In this document: piece by piece, positions 6,252 to 17,700 of the stretch | How positions within the stretch are numbered: position 1 is the first letter of the stretch | How the letters are laid out: every line of letters starts with the position of its first letter | Assembly: GCF_000016745.1 (NCBI RefSeq) | Contig: NC_009483.1 | Location: 2,880,001-2,912,000, forward strand | Direction: 5' to 3' | Length of the DNA stretch: 32,000 nucleotides | Origin: Geotalea uraniireducens Rf4 | GTDB taxonomy: Bacteria; Desulfobacterota; Desulfuromonadia; Geobacterales; Geobacteraceae | Notes under the pieces: model-generated | What the model was told of the DNA's origin: nothing | Databases searched by the model: none | What the model saw: only the letters and a program-made list of their open reading frames with translations | Made by a program: the position numbers and the translations under genes

Positions 6252-7403
6252 TTAAACCCTTTCATACGGTTCGAACAGCCTCTTGAACTCATCAAGCGCA
6301 AAACGGTCGGTCATACCGGCAATGTAGTCGCAGACCACCCGTTCCCGCCCTTCCCGTTCCATTTTTTGCAGATATTTGCGGGGAAGAAGCGTCGGATGCG
6401 AGATATACACCTCAAAGAGTTGCACCAGATAGCGTTCCGCCTTGACCCGCATCCTTTCAACCTTGAAATGGCGGTAGAGGTTCTCCATGAGAAAGCGCTT
6501 CAGCTGCCTGTTTTTTTCCGCGACGCCGGGGCTGAAAGCCACCACCTGACGGTTTACCCGGCGCAGGTCTTCGATTGAACAAATGCCATGGGCCGCAATA
6601 TTGTCGCTGGTTGTCGATGTGAGGTCCGTTATCAAAAGTCCGATCAGGGCGCTTATGGTTTGACACTTTTTCCGTTCAGGGTCTATGTCCGGGTACTTGA
6701 CATCGATCCCCCGGTAAACCTCTTGCCAAAGCTCAACCGTTTCAAGCTGTTCGAGAGTTATAAATCCGGATTTCAGACCGTCGTCGATGTCGTGGTTATT
6801 ATAGGCAATTTCATCGGCGAAGTTCATCAGCTGCGCTTCTATGGTCGGGACGGTTCCCGGCAGAAATTCGGCAATCGCTCCCACGGGGCGGTCATAGGGC
6901 GAAGAATGCTTGATTATACCCTCCCGCACCTCCCAGGAAAGATTGAGGCCGTTAAACCCCGGATACCTCTCCTCCAACTCATCCACGACCCGGAGTGACT
7001 GCAGGTTATGCTCGAAACCGCCGAATCCCCCCATCAGCCGGTTCAAGACCTCTTCGCCGGTATGTCCGAACGGCGTATGCCCCAAGTCGTGAGCCAAGGC
7101 CAGCGCCTCGGTCAACTCCTCATTCAACTTCAGCCTGCGGGCGATTCCTTTTCCGATCTGGGCCACTTCCAGTGAATGGGTGAGCCGGGTACGATAGTAG
7201 TCACCCTCGTGATTGACAAACACCTGGGTCTTATACTCAAGGCGCCTGAACGCAGCGCAATGAATGATCCGGTCACGGTCCCGTTCGAATGCCGGCCGCC
7301 CGTCGCGCAATTCCTCATTGTGCTTCCGTCCGCGTGACACGGAGCTCTTGGCGGCATATCCGGCAAGGTCGGGTCTTTCCATGGAATCTGCGTTATCAGG
7401 CAT
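6252..7403 (-). CDS. dgt: dGTP triphosphohydrolase-like HD-domain protein
   Basis: 383-aa ORF. HD-domain motifs RTRLTHSLEVAQI and HDLGHTPFGH, and a C-terminal DYIAGMTDRFA motif typical of the Dgt family. Confidence 0.9.
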   Translation of the reverse strand: MPDNADSMERPDLAGYAAKSSVSRGRKHNEELRDGRPAFERDRDRIIHCAAFRRLEYKTQVFVNHEGDYYRTRLTHSLEVAQIGKGIARRLKLNEELTEALALAHDLGHTPFGHTGEEVLNRLMGGFGGFEHNLQSLRVVDELEERYPGFNGLNLSWEVREGIIKHSSPYDRPVGAIAEFLPGTVPTIEAQLMNFADEIAYNNHDIDDGLKSGFITLEQLETVELWQEVYRGIDVKYPDIDPERKKCQTISALIGLLITDLTSTTSDNIAAHGICSIEDLRRVNRQVVAFSPGVAEKNRQLKRFLMENLYRHFKVERMRVKAERYLVQLFEVYISHPTLLPRKYLQKMEREGRERVVCDYIAGMTDRFALDEFKRLFEPYERV

Positions 7404-7467
7404 GAATGAATCCTCCGTTTTTCCATTTAAATACCGCTGCTGGAGCCTGTCAACAACAAAGTTATTC

Positions 7468-7497
7468 TTGACTCCCCCAATGACATCATGTTAGATT
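7468..7497 (+). promoter_or_regulatory. Candidate sigma-70 promoter for rsmD-coaD
   Basis: TTGACT (7468-7473), a 17-18-nt spacer, then TTAGAT/TAGATT (7491-7497). Confidence 0.35.
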
Positions 7498-7611
7498 TTT
7501 AACCTTTTTTAAAGCAGAAGTCATCTTTTTCTGATATTTGAATAGCCGGTGTCGCACATGCAGACCAGTCCAGCTCCGACAAGCTGGCACCGTAATGGGG
7601 AGAGGGGTAGA

Positions 7612-8181
7612 TTGCGCATAATAAGCGGCTCTGCAAAAGGCCGGAAACTCTTTTCCCCGAAGAATATGCGGGTCAGACCGACTGCCGACCGGGTGAAAGA
7701 AGCGCTATTCAACATCCTGACCAGCCTTATCGGTGATTTCAGCGATCTACGGGTGCTTGACATTTTTGCCGGAACCGGCAATCTTGGCATCGAAGCACTT
7801 AGCCGCGGCGGAACCCGGACGGTCTTCGTCGACAGCCACCGGGAATCTGCTGCAATTATACGAAAGAATCTTGAGATGCTCGGCTTTGATCAAAAGGCCG
7901 GAATTCTCGTCCAAGAGGCACTGGTTGCCCTGAAAGCACTAGAAAAGCGCGGGGAGAAATTCCACCTTGTCTTTCTTGATCCACCTTATCAGACTGGTTT
8001 AACGGAAAAAACACTGGAATACCTGGCAGTATCCGGGTTAATTACCGATGAAACGATCATCGTTGCCGAATTTTCAGCACAGGAAGCTATCCCGACATCC
8101 TTCGGACAATTACAGGAATTTGACAGGAGGGTTTACGGCGATACAGCCCTGGCCTTCCTGAGCATGTCTCACAGAGGTTGA
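7612..8181 (+). CDS. rsmD: 16S rRNA (guanine966-N2)-methyltransferase RsmD
   Basis: (L)[12 protein letters not shown]...[15 protein letters not shown]...[17 protein letters not shown]...LDPPY motifs. The likely start is TTG at 7612, behind a GGGGAGAGGGG Shine-Dalgarno sequence. The track's GTG at 7549 has no RBS. The stop overlaps the coaD region. Confidence 0.85.
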   Translation: MRIISGSAKGRKLFSPKNMRVRPTADRVKEALFNILTSLIGDFSDLRVLDIFAGTGNLGIEALSRGGTRTVFVDSHRESAAIIRKNLEMLGFDQKAGILVQEALVALKALEKRGEKFHLVFLDPPYQTGLTEKTLEYLAVSGLITDETIIVAEFSAQEAIPTSFGQLQEFDRRVYGDTALAFLSMSHRG

Positions 8182-8183
8182 TT

Positions 8184-8672
8184 ATGCCCCTGAAGAAAGC
8201 TGTCTATCCCGGCTCATTTGATCCCATTACTTACGGCCACATCGACATTATCGAACGGGGCCTGAAGGTTTTCGACACGGTAATTGTTGCAGTAGCCCGT
8301 AACTCGGAGAAAAACTCCCTTTTCAACGTCGAAGAGCGCATCGCTCTGATCAGGGAAGTCCTCGGAGACAACAGTCGGGCAAAAGTTGACACCTTTGACG
8401 GGCTTCTGGTAGACTATGTCCGCAAGCAAGGCGCGACGGTCATAATCCGCGGCTTGCGGGCGGTTTCCGATTTTGAGTACGAATTTCAACTGGCCCAGAT
8501 GAACAGGAGCATCACCCAGGAGGTGGAAACCCTGTTCATGATGACCTCCGTACCTTACAGCTATCTCTCATCATCGATCGTCAAAGAGGTGAGCTCCCTG
8601 AACGGCCCCATAGATGGTCTGGTGCCGCCACTAGTGAAAAAGGCGCTTGACGCCAAATTTAACCGCTCATAA
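8184..8672 (+). CDS. coaD: Phosphopantetheine adenylyltransferase
   Basis: [23 protein letters not shown], a nucleotidyltransferase HxGH-type motif. The size is right (162 aa) and rsmD-coaD synteny is conserved. Confidence 0.92.
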   Translation: MPLKKAVYPGSFDPITYGHIDIIERGLKVFDTVIVAVARNSEKNSLFNVEERIALIREVLGDNSRAKVDTFDGLLVDYVRKQGATVIIRGLRAVSDFEYEFQLAQMNRSITQEVETLFMMTSVPYSYLSSSIVKEVSSLNGPIDGLVPPLVKKALDAKFNRS

Positions 8673-8713
8673 CAGTGAGAAGCGAGAGTCTACCAATATT
8701 CAGGAGGTAATAA

Positions 8714-9907
8714 ATGAAACTTGCAGACCGCGTAAACAAGATCCAGCCTTCCCCCACACTGGCCATCGACGCTAAAGCGAAAGCATTGAAAGCCCAAGGC
8801 GTGGATGTCATCGGATTCGGCGCCGGTGAACCCGATTTCGACACCCCAGCCAACATCCGTGAGGCAGGCAAGAAGGCCATTGACGCCGGCTTTACCCGTT
8901 ACATGCCGGTTGGCGGGGCCGATGATCTGAAGGACGCCATCATCGCCAAGATGAAGAAGGACCACGGCCTGGAGTACAGCCGCGACGAAATTTCCGTGGC
9001 CTGCGGCGCGAAACATACCCTTTACAACATTTCCCAGGCCCTCATCCAGGAAGGCGACGAAGTCATCATCCCGGCACCCTACTGGGTTTCCTACCCCGAC
9101 CAGGTCGTACTGGCCGGAGGCACCTCGGTCTTCATCGAGACCGGTGAAGAGACCGCCTTCAAGATCACGCCGGCACAACTGGAAAAGGCCGTCACCCCCA
9201 AGACCAAGGCCCTGATTCTCAACTCTCCCTGCAATCCCACCGGCACAAGCTACACCGAGGAGGAATTAAAGGCCATCGGTCAGGTCTGCCTCAAGCATGA
9301 CTTCCTCATCATCTCCGACGACATATACGAGCGGCTGATCTACGACGGCCTCAAATTCGCCAACATCGTACAGGTGGTTCCCGAGTTGAAGTCCCGCACC
9401 GTGGTGGTCAACGGCGTCTCCAAAACCTACGCCATGACCGGCTGGCGGATCGGCTACGCCTGCGGCCCCAAAGAGCTGATCGGCGCAATGACCAAAATGC
9501 AGTCCCAGTCGACCTCCAACGCAACATCCATTGCCCAGAAAGCCTCTGTCGAGGCCCTCAACGGCCCGCAGGAAGCAGTGGCCGCAATGAAGGTGGAGTT
9601 CGAGAAGCGCCGGACCTACATCGTCGAGCGGCTCAACGCCATGCCGGGAGTGACCTGCTTCAGGTCCACCGGCGCCTTCTATGTATTTCCCAATTTTTCC
9701 GCTGTCTACGGCAAGAGCTTCAACGGCAAAGTGATCAGCAACTCCACCGACTTCGCCGCCTACCTGCTGGAGGAGGCCAAGGTGGCCCTCGTGCCTGGCG
9801 TGGCTTTCGGCGCCGACAAGTACGCCCGTCTCTCCTATGCCATCAGCATGGAAAACATCAAGAAGGGGATGGACCGCATTGAAGAGGCCATCAAGAACCT
9901 CAAATAA
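8714..9907 (+). CDS. Class-I PLP-dependent aminotransferase (aspartate aminotransferase-like)
   Basis: 397-aa ORF with AGGAGG RBS. GAGEPDFDTP, NSPCNPTG and the PLP-lysine context VNGVSKTYAMTGWRIGY. Confidence 0.9.
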   Translation: MKLADRVNKIQPSPTLAIDAKAKALKAQGVDVIGFGAGEPDFDTPANIREAGKKAIDAGFTRYMPVGGADDLKDAIIAKMKKDHGLEYSRDEISVACGAKHTLYNISQALIQEGDEVIIPAPYWVSYPDQVVLAGGTSVFIETGEETAFKITPAQLEKAVTPKTKALILNSPCNPTGTSYTEEELKAIGQVCLKHDFLIISDDIYERLIYDGLKFANIVQVVPELKSRTVVVNGVSKTYAMTGWRIGYACGPKELIGAMTKMQSQSTSNATSIAQKASVEALNGPQEAVAAMKVEFEKRRTYIVERLNAMPGVTCFRSTGAFYVFPNFSAVYGKSFNGKVISNSTDFAAYLLEEAKVALVPGVAFGADKYARLSYAISMENIKKGMDRIEEAIKNLK

Positions 9908-9949
9908 CAAAAAAATATTTGATTAATCGGTCTGTTCTGCTAATCTGAA

Positions 9950-9975
9950 GGCGGGAGCGATGCTCCCGCCTTTTT
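9950..9975 (+). terminator. Intrinsic terminator after the aminotransferase gene
   Basis: GGCGGGAGC-gat-GCTCCCGCC followed by TTTTT. Confidence 0.75.
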
Positions 9976-10000
9976 GTATGCAAATGACAGGGGGAATTCT

Positions 10001-10195
10001 ATGATAAGCAAGGAAATGACCATCGGCGAAATCATCCGCAGGTACCCGCAAACCCTCCCGGTTTTCGAGAAATACGGCCTGGACTGCCATGATTGCCAGA
10101 TAGCCGACTTCGAGGCCGTGGAACACGGCGCGTCCGTGCACAAGGTCGATATCGGCAGGCTCATGGAAGATCTGAACAGAATAATAAACGCCTGA
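10001..10195 (+). CDS. DUF1858 / hybrid-cluster-associated redox-disulfide-like small protein
   Basis: MISKEMTIGEIIRRYPQTLPVFEKYGLDCHDC... matches the DUF1858 N-terminal pattern and its CxxC motif. The ATG at 10001 follows AGGGGGA. The track start at 9974 lies inside the upstream terminator. Confidence 0.78.
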   Translation: MISKEMTIGEIIRRYPQTLPVFEKYGLDCHDCQIADFEAVEHGASVHKVDIGRLMEDLNRIINA

Positions 10196-10320
10196 CTTAC
10201 CCCTCATCCCCCTTTCAGACCCGCAGTTTCTCTCAGAGACATCGCGTAGAAATCCCTTTACATTGAACGCATAGTTATATATCATTTTTTGGTTATACTC
10301 CACGTAAAACAAAGGAAATT

Positions 10321-12120
10321 ATGGTATTAGAGAACATCCGCAATTTTTCCATCATCGCGCACATAGATCACGGCAAATCGACCCTGGCCGACCGACTTCT
10401 GGAATATACCGGCGCGCTTTCCGAACGGGAAATGCAGAACCAGTTTCTGGACAAGATGGACCTTGAGCGTGAGCGCGGCATCACCATCAAAGCCCAGGCA
10501 GTACGCCTCAACTACCGCGCTGCCAATGGCAAAGACTATATACTGAATTTGATCGACACGCCGGGACACGTGGACTTCACCTACGAGGTCTCCCGTTCCC
10601 TATCCGCCTGCGAAGGGGCTCTATTGGTAGTCGACGCCTCTCAAGGGGTCGAGGCCCAGACGCTGGCCAATGTCTATCTTGCCCTGGAAAACGACCTGGA
10701 TGTTTTTCCGGTTCTCAACAAGATAGATCTCCCTGCCGCCGATCCCGAGCGGGTCAAGCAGGAAATCGAAGACATCATCGGCCTGGATGCCCATGACGCG
10801 GTCCTGGCCAGCGCCAAGGAAGGGATAGGCACAAGGGAAATACTGGAAGAGATCGTCACGAAAATCCCGCCACCGCAAGGCGACTCGAACAAACCGCTAA
10901 AAGCGCTCCTTTTCGACTCATGGTACGACCAGTATCAGGGTGTGATCGTCCTCGTCCGCATCCTGGACGGCATGGTCAAAAAAGGGGACAAGATCCAGCT
11001 CATGTCCAACCGGCGCAACTACGAGGTGCTGAAGGTCGGTGTGTTCTCCCCTGCCATGTGCGAGGTGGCCGCGCTTTCCGCCGGTGAAGTCGGTTTCATC
11101 ATTGCCGGGATTAAAGATGTACAGGACGCCAAGGTCGGCGACACCATCACCTCACTGCACAACCCCTGCGACGGGCCTCTGCCCGGCTTCAAGGAAGTGC
11201 AGCCGATGGTTTTTTCCGGCCTTTATCCCATCGACACATCCCAGTACGAACAGTTGCGCGATGCACTGGCCAAGCTGAAACTGAACGACTCCTCCTTTTC
11301 CTACGAACCAGAAACCTCTCTTGCGCTGGGCTTCGGCTTCCGTTGCGGCTTTCTCGGCCTCCTGCATATGGAGATCATCCAGGAACGTCTGGAGCGGGAA
11401 TTCAATCTCGACCTGATTACCACTGCCCCCACGGTTGTCTACAAGGTGCACAGGCTGGACGGCTCAATCATCACCATCGAGAGCGCCAACCAGCTCCCAC
11501 CCGTGCAGGAGATCCAGTACGTCGAGGAGCCGTTTATCCTCGCCTCGATCCATGTGCCGAATGAATTCGTCGGCGGCATCCTCGCATTATGCGAGGAAAA
11601 ACGGGGCGTGCAGCGGGAGATAAAGTACCTCACCCCCACCAGGGTGATGGTAATCTATGAGCTTCCCCTCAACGAGGTGGTGCTCGACTTCTACGACCGG
11701 CTCAAATCAATAACCAAGGGGTATGCATCACTTGACTACGAGCATCTCGATTACCGGCGGAGCAACCTGGAACGGCTCAACATCATGATCAACGGCGAGG
11801 TGGTCGACGCCCTGTCGCTGATCATCCACAAGGACAAGGCCTATTTCCGCGGCCGGGACCTGGTGTCCAAGATGAAAGAGCTGATCCCCCGGCAGATGTT
11901 CGAGATTGCGATCCAGGCGGCCATCGGCAACAAGGTCATTGCCCGGGAGACCGTCAAGGCCATGCGCAAGGACGTTCTCGCCAAATGTTACGGAGGAGAT
12001 ATCACCCGTAAGCGCAAACTGCTTGAAAAACAGAAGGAAGGGAAAAAGCGGATGAAAAACGTTGGTAATGTCGAACTGCCGCAGGAGGCGTTCCTCGCCA
12101 TATTGAAGGTGGAAGGTTAG
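10321..12120 (+). CDS. lepA: Translation elongation factor 4 (LepA)
   Basis: 599-aa ORF. GTPase motifs [17 protein letters not shown] and NKID. LepA-type C-terminal domain. lepA-lepB synteny. Confidence 0.97.
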   Translation: MVLENIRNFSIIAHIDHGKSTLADRLLEYTGALSEREMQNQFLDKMDLERERGITIKAQAVRLNYRAANGKDYILNLIDTPGHVDFTYEVSRSLSACEGALLVVDASQGVEAQTLANVYLALENDLDVFPVLNKIDLPAADPERVKQEIEDIIGLDAHDAVLASAKEGIGTREILEEIVTKIPPPQGDSNKPLKALLFDSWYDQYQGVIVLVRILDGMVKKGDKIQLMSNRRNYEVLKVGVFSPAMCEVAALSAGEVGFIIAGIKDVQDAKVGDTITSLHNPCDGPLPGFKEVQPMVFSGLYPIDTSQYEQLRDALAKLKLNDSSFSYEPETSLALGFGFRCGFLGLLHMEIIQERLEREFNLDLITTAPTVVYKVHRLDGSIITIESANQLPPVQEIQYVEEPFILASIHVPNEFVGGILALCEEKRGVQREIKYLTPTRVMVIYELPLNEVVLDFYDRLKSITKGYASLDYEHLDYRRSNLERLNIMINGEVVDALSLIIHKDKAYFRGRDLVSKMKELIPRQMFEIAIQAAIGNKVIARETVKAMRKDVLAKCYGGDITRKRKLLEKQKEGKKRMKNVGNVELPQEAFLAILKVEG

Positions 12121-12172
12121 CAACGGCAGAATCGGCTTTCCACCGAATAAACTCAAAGAAGGATACATTCCC

Positions 12173-12832
12173 ATGGAAGATTACAAGAATATGAGCTCGG
12201 AAGCGGCCAATGTCCAGCGCGAACCCAAGAAAAAGCACATCGTGCGGGAATATGCCGAATCGATAATCATTGCCGTCATCCTGGCGCTCGTCATCCGCAC
12301 ATTTGTAGTGCAGGCATTCAAGATACCTTCGGGTTCTATGGAAGATACCCTGGCCATCGGCGACCACATTCTGGTCAGCAAATTCATCTACGGCACGAAA
12401 ATCCCTTTCACCACCAGCCGGCTTCTGAAAATCCGCGATCCGAGACGAGGTGATGTCATCGTCTTCGAATATCCTGAAGATCCGAGCAAGGATTTCATCA
12501 AGCGGGTGATCGGCACCCCCGGCGACACGGTGCAGGTCATCAACAAAAAGGTGTACGTGAACGGCAAGGTTTACGAAAATCCGCACGAGGTCCACAAGGA
12601 AAACGATATCATCCCCAAGGAACAGAACCCCCGCGACAATACCGACCTGATCACGGTTCCCGCCAGCTCCTACTTCGTCATGGGGGATAACCGCGACAGA
12701 TCCTACGACAGCCGTTTCTGGAAATTCGTCAGAAACGATCAGATCAAGGGGCTGGCCTTCATCAAATACTGGTCGTGGGACAAGGAAAAGTTCGGTGTGC
12801 GCTGGAAAAACATCGGCAAACTGATCGATTAG
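12173..12832 (+). CDS. lepB: Signal peptidase I
   Basis: N-terminal TM segment, catalytic Ser box PSGSMEDTL, Lys box KRVIG and the GDNRDRSYDSR box. Confidence 0.93.
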   Translation: MEDYKNMSSEAANVQREPKKKHIVREYAESIIIAVILALVIRTFVVQAFKIPSGSMEDTLAIGDHILVSKFIYGTKIPFTTSRLLKIRDPRRGDVIVFEYPEDPSKDFIKRVIGTPGDTVQVINKKVYVNGKVYENPHEVHKENDIIPKEQNPRDNTDLITVPASSYFVMGDNRDRSYDSRFWKFVRNDQIKGLAFIKYWSWDKEKFGVRWKNIGKLID

Positions 12833-12860
12833 ACTTCCGGATCTCCATCATGAAAAGAAA

Positions 12861-12894
12861 AAGGCCGCCCGGTCAGTACAAGCCGGGCGGCCTT
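12861..12894. terminator. Bidirectional intrinsic terminator between lepB and rluB
   Basis: AAGGCCGCCCGG-loop-CCGGGCGGCCTT, with an A-run upstream and ATTTTA downstream. Confidence 0.75.
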
Positions 12895-12916
12895 ATTTTA
12901 TCCAAAGCAAGGGTCT

Positions 12917-13636
12917 TCAGCGTTCCCCTCTTTGCAGACGCTCAACCTCTGCCGGCGTCAACAGTCGGTATTCGCCAGGTTTCAGTTCGCCGATTTCCAG
13001 AAAACCATAACGGGACCTCTTCAGCCGAACCACCGTCAACCCCACCGCTTCACACATGCGACGCACCTGCCGATAACGCCCCTCGTGAATGGTAATGGAA
13101 ATCCAGCAATTCTGTTCACTCTCCCGCACCAGTGAAACCACCGCCGGCGCTGTCCTGCCGTCCTCAAGATCAACTCCGACAGCCAGGTGCTTCAACTGTG
13201 CCGGTGTCACCTTGCCCCTGACCCGGACCAGATACCCCTTGTCCACCTCATGGCTCGGATGGGCAAGCCTGTTTGCCAGCGCGCCGTCATTGGTCAATAG
13301 CAGCAGCCCTTCCGTATTGTAGTCAAGCCGCCCGACTGGATAGACCCGCTCCTTGATCCCTTTCAGCAGGTCGGTGACGATAGGACGCCCCTCGGGATCT
13401 TTCATGGTGGTCATGTAGCCGACCGGCTTGTACAAAAGGACGTAGAGCTTATTCGCTTCCACCCTGATCGGCCTGCCGTCAACCGTTATACGGTCCTTTT
13501 CCGCATCCGCTTTCGTCCCCAACTCCGTCACCACCTGACCGTTGACAGCGACCCGCCCGTCGGTGATGATCCGTTCCGCCTCCCGGCGCGAGGCAATCCC
13601 CGCCTGGGATAATATTTTTTGCAATCTTTCGAGCAT
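12917..13636 (-). CDS. rluB: 23S rRNA pseudouridine synthase, RsuA/RluB family
   Basis: S4 domain (RLQKILSQAGIASRREAERII), catalytic GRLDYNTEGLLLLTNDG and KGYLV motifs. The start was moved to the ATG at 13636 (MLERLQK). The track adds 16 unsupported codons. Confidence 0.9.
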   Translation of the reverse strand: MLERLQKILSQAGIASRREAERIITDGRVAVNGQVVTELGTKADAEKDRITVDGRPIRVEANKLYVLLYKPVGYMTTMKDPEGRPIVTDLLKGIKERVYPVGRLDYNTEGLLLLTNDGALANRLAHPSHEVDKGYLVRVRGKVTPAQLKHLAVGVDLEDGRTAPAVVSLVRESEQNCWISITIHEGRYRQVRRMCEAVGLTVVRLKRSRYGFLEIGELKPGEYRLLTPAEVERLQRGER

Positions 13637-13650
13637 ACATCTCCAATAAG

Positions 13651-13706
13651 AAAAAAGGCTAAGGATTGAAGACAATGAATACAACCAAAAGTCTAAAACC
13701 TCAGCC
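13651..13706 (-). terminator. Probable interrupted-stem intrinsic terminator after accA
   Basis: The minus-strand RNA is GGCUGAGG-UUUU-AGAC...GUCU-UCAAU-CCUUAGCC followed by UUUUUU. Confidence 0.5.
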
Positions 13707-13729
13707 CCTAGTTATTTGCCTACAGCCTG

Positions 13730-14686
13730 CTACTCCACAAACCGCGACATCCTGCGGAACTTCTGGTAGCGCTCCTCGACGAGCTGGTCCGCCGGTATCC
13801 GCTGCAATTCCTTCAGGTTCCGGCTCAGGGCTTCGTGGAGAGACTTTGCCATGGTCTGATGATCACGGTGGGCGCCGCCCAGGGGTTCTTTGACGATTTC
13901 ATCGCTTACTTCAAGCTCCTTGATATCCTTTGCCGTCAGTTTCAACGCCTCGGCCGCCTGTTCCCCCTTGGTACCGTCGGACCAGAGGATGGCCGCGCAC
14001 CCCTCGGGCGAGATGACCGCATAGACGGAATGCTCGAGCATCAGGATGCGATCCCCGACCGCAATGGCCAGCGCGCCGCCGGAGCCACCTTCGCCGGTAA
14101 TGACGACTATAATCGGCACAGACAGCCGCGACATCTCCCGCAGGTTGCGGGCGATGGCCTCAGCCTGCCCCCGTTCCTCGGCGCCGATGCCGGGAAAAGC
14201 ACCCGGGGTGTCGACAAAGGTGATGATAGGAAGCTTGAACCGCTCTGCCATCTCCATGAGCCGCAATGCCTTGCGATATCCTTCCGGGTTCGGCATGCCG
14301 AAATTGCGGTAGACCTTCTCCTTGGTGTCACGTCCCTTCTGGTGGCCGATAACCATCACGGGTACACCGTCCAGCCTTGCCAGACCGCCGACGATAGCAT
14401 GATCGTCACCAAAATTGCGGTCGCCATGCAACTCGATGAATTCGGTAAAAATAAGGTTCAGGTAATCAAGGGTAAAGGGGCGATTGATATGGCGCGCAAC
14501 CTGTGCGGTCTGCCAACGGCTGAGATTGGAAAATATGTCTTCCTGAACCTTTTCAGCCTTTTTTTCCAGCTTGGCAATTTCCGCCTTCAGATCCAGGGTA
14601 TCGCTGGACAATTCTTGCAACTCTTCAATCTTGCGCTCCAGGTCGGCAAGCGGCTTTTCAAATTCAAGATAATATTGCGTCGCCAT
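13730..14686 (-). CDS. accA: Acetyl-CoA carboxylase carboxyltransferase alpha subunit
   Basis: 318-aa ORF. N-terminal [21 protein letters not shown] and [10 protein letters not shown] motifs. Confidence 0.95.
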   Translation of the reverse strand: MATQYYLEFEKPLADLERKIEELQELSSDTLDLKAEIAKLEKKAEKVQEDIFSNLSRWQTAQVARHINRPFTLDYLNLIFTEFIELHGDRNFGDDHAIVGGLARLDGVPVMVIGHQKGRDTKEKVYRNFGMPNPEGYRKALRLMEMAERFKLPIITFVDTPGAFPGIGAEERGQAEAIARNLREMSRLSVPIIVVITGEGGSGGALAIAVGDRILMLEHSVYAVISPEGCAAILWSDGTKGEQAAEALKLTAKDIKELEVSDEIVKEPLGGAHRDHQTMAKSLHEALSRNLKELQRIPADQLVEERYQKFRRMSRFVE

Positions 14687-14740
14687 TTTATTTATGTCTC
14701 CTTTGATAACAATTTAATTCCCAACAAGACTGTTCGCAAA

Positions 14741-17700
14741 CTACTCGAAAGAAACGGCATTATAACCCAGCAGGTTCTTCACATCCAGTGATAATTCTTC
14801 GCTGGCGGCAAGCTTGTATGAATCCGGAAGAATTATCGTCGTCTTCGATTCCGCGGGGATGACGATATGCAGAAACGATTTGCAGGCGCCCGGGTAGCGG
14901 TTGATGATCCCCTTGAGTGACTCCAGCTGCGGCCGCTCCAGACCGGTCGCCTGGACAGTGACATGGACCCGTCGACTCTCCCTTTCGTTCACTTCCCTGA
15001 GCAGCACGATATCGCTCGCAATAACCTTGGTGTTCTTCTCCCCCACCTCTACGCTGCCGCTGACGAGGAGCGGATCATCCCCCTCCAGGTACTGGGCGAC
15101 CTTGGCATACACCTTTGCCAGAACCACCACTTCTACGGAGCCGTGCAAATCTTCCAGGGTAACGAAGGCCATGCGCTCACCCTTCTTTGTGATGAACTCC
15201 TTTTTCGTCACAACTATGCCACAGAGCTTCACCTCGGCCCGGTCGGATATTTCCCCGAAATCAGAGGTATGCACGGTGGCAAAACGCTTGATTTGGGAAG
15301 AATAGCGGTCGAGGGGATGGCCGGTGATGTAGAAACCGAGGGCCTCCTTTTCCTGATTGAGAAGGAGCTTGTCATCCCATTCCGGCACATCCGGCAGGCT
15401 ACCTTTGCCGTTGCCGTTCCCCCTGACTATCTCCGCCACACCGAACAACGATACCTGGGCGCTATCCCGCTCCTGCTGTATCTTCTGCCCCAAGACCATG
15501 GCGTCTTCCAGCGCGGCCATGAGGGGAGCCCGCCTGGCGCCGGTGGAATCAAAGGCGCCGCACTTGACCAGGGATTCAACGACCCGCTTGTTGACCCGGC
15601 GCAGGTCGACCCGCTCGCAGAAGTCATAGATGTCCGCAAAAGATCCCGACTTGCGGGACTCGATTATTGCCTCGATAGCAGACTCGCCGACGTTCTTGAC
15701 CGCACCGAGGCCGAAACGGATGGATTTCCCAAGGACGCGGAAGGAGTGATCCGAGGCATTGATGTCCGGCGGCAGCACTTCGATCCCCATATCCCGACAG
15801 TCGCTGATGTTCTTGATGACCTTGTCGGTGTTCCCCATGTCTTCAGTCAGGAGTGCCGCCATGAACTCCACCGGGTAGTGGGCCTTGAGATAGGCGGTCT
15901 GGTAGGCGACCAGGGCGTAAGCCGCGGAGTGGGACTTGTTGAAGCCGTATTCGGCAAACTTGGCCATCAGGTCGAAGATAGACTCCGCCTTCTTCGGGTC
16001 GATCCCCTGCTCTTTTGCGCCGGCAAGGAAAGGAATTTTTTCCTTGGCCATGACCTCCGGATCTTTCTTGCCCATTGCCCGCCGGAGCAGGTCGGCCTGC
16101 CCAAGTGAATACCCGGCCAGGGTCCGGGAGATCTGCATGACCTGTTCCTGGTAGACGATGACTCCGTAGGTGTCCTTGAGGATCGGCTCCAACTGCGGCA
16201 GGTCGTAGACCACCTTTTTCTTGCCATGTTTGCGGTCAATGAAGTCATCCACCATGCCGCTTCCAAGGGGGCCCGGCCGGTAGAGGGCGCAGACCGCAAT
16301 TATATCCTCGAAGCAGGACGGCTTGAGTTTGACCAGGAGCCCCTGCATGCCGGATGACTCGAGCTGGAAGACGCCCGTGGTGTTGCCGGACTGAAGGAGA
16401 CGGTAACTCTCCTCATCATCGTCCCGCAGTAAAGTGATATCGAACGCCGGGTCCTTGCCGGCACGGATGATCTTGACGGCGTTATGGATGACCGTAAGGT
16501 TCTTGAGACCCAGGAAGTCGAACTTGACGAGGCCGATCTTTTCCACGTACTTCATGGAATACTGGGTGGTGATGGAGCCGTTCTTCTGGTCCTTGTAGAC
16601 CGGGCAGAACTCCTCCAGCACGTCCGGGGCGACAACCACCCCTGCGGCGTGGGTTGAGGCATGGCGCGCCAACCCTTCCAGACAAAGGGCCACGTCCAGC
16701 AGCTCCTTCACACGCCGATCTGCCGCAGCCAGTTCGTTCAATTTCGGCTCCTGCTGCAGAGCCTTGTCCAGGGTGATGCCAAGCACCTCGGGGACCAGCT
16801 TGGCGATCTTGTCCACGTCGCCGTACGCCATGTCCAGCGCCCGCCCTACATCGCGCAACACGCCGCGGGCCGCCATGGTACCGAAGGTGATGATCTGGCA
16901 GACCTTGTCCCGGCCATACTTCTCGGTGACGTACTGGATCACCTCCTCGCGGCGGTCCTGGCAGAAGTCCACGTCGATATCAGGCATGGAGATACGTTCC
17001 GGGTTGAGAAACCGCTCGAACAGTAGGTTATAGGGGATCGGGTCAATATCGGTAATGCGGATGGAATAGGCAACCAGCGAACCGGCTGCCGAACCACGGC
17101 CCGGGCCGACCGGAATGCCGTGGTCCTTGGCCCAGTTGATGAAGTCGGCGACGATGAGGAAATAACCGGGAAATCCCATCTGCTTGATACAATCCAGCTC
17201 GATGCGAAGCCGCTCATAGTAGCCCTGTTCCTGCTCCGGGGTAATGTCCGGATACTTGGCGCGTACCGTCACCAGCCGCTCTTTGAGGCCTTCGTAGGAC
17301 TGTTCCTCCAGGACATCGTCGAGGGTCTTGTCGGCGGGCTTGATGTACTGGGGGAAATGGTAGGTCTTGAAATCCAGCTCCAGGTTGCAGCGCTCGGCAA
17401 TGCGCACAGTATTGGCGATTGCCTCCGGCGCATAGTGGAAAGCCGCAGCCATCTCCTGGGGGGACTTGAAGTAGAACTCTTCCGCGGAAAAGTGCATGCG
17501 ATTCGGATCGTTCATGGTCTTGCCGGTCTGGATGCAAAGGAGCACCTCGTGTGCCTTGGCATCTTCCCGGTTGAGGTAGTGGCAGTCATTGGTCGCCACA
17601 AGCGGAAGTGAAAGTTCCGCAGCCAGATCCAGAAGGCGCTTGTTGACCAGATCCTGTTCCGGCAGGGTGTTTTCCTGCAACTCTATGTAGTAGCGGTCAG

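Noticed and set aside
6113-6301. 62-aa ORF containing LEPRTSNLEPRTSNLEPRTS
   Set aside because: The peptide repeat is just the translation of the 7-nt tandem array, where three units give seven codons. The ORF overlaps the ends of two real genes and has no RBS.
9923-10312. 129-aa minus-strand ORF spanning the DUF1858 gene and the lepA upstream region
   Set aside because: It lies opposite a well-matching DUF1858 gene and crosses a promoter region. It has no RBS or motifs.
12775-13095. 106-aa plus-strand ORF running from the lepB 3' end across the terminator into rluB
   Set aside because: It crosses a strong bidirectional terminator hairpin and overlaps two real genes. It is not credible as coding.
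13835-14791. 318-aa plus-strand ORF, the same length as accA
   Set aside because: It is a mirror ORF opposite accA with no RBS, no recognisable motifs and an Arg/Gly/Leu-rich antisense composition. The same reasoning removes 14963-16108, 16661-17026 and 17120-17611 (opposite dnaE); 2907-3800 and 3951-4277 (opposite the gltB-like gene); 8690-9178 and 9266-9910 (opposite the aminotransferase); 12002-12595 (opposite lepB); 18441-19010 (opposite wrbA); 20669-21274 and 21398-21757 (opposite tatD-rSAM); and 27181-27654, 29316-29905 and 29977-30591 (opposite operon genes).
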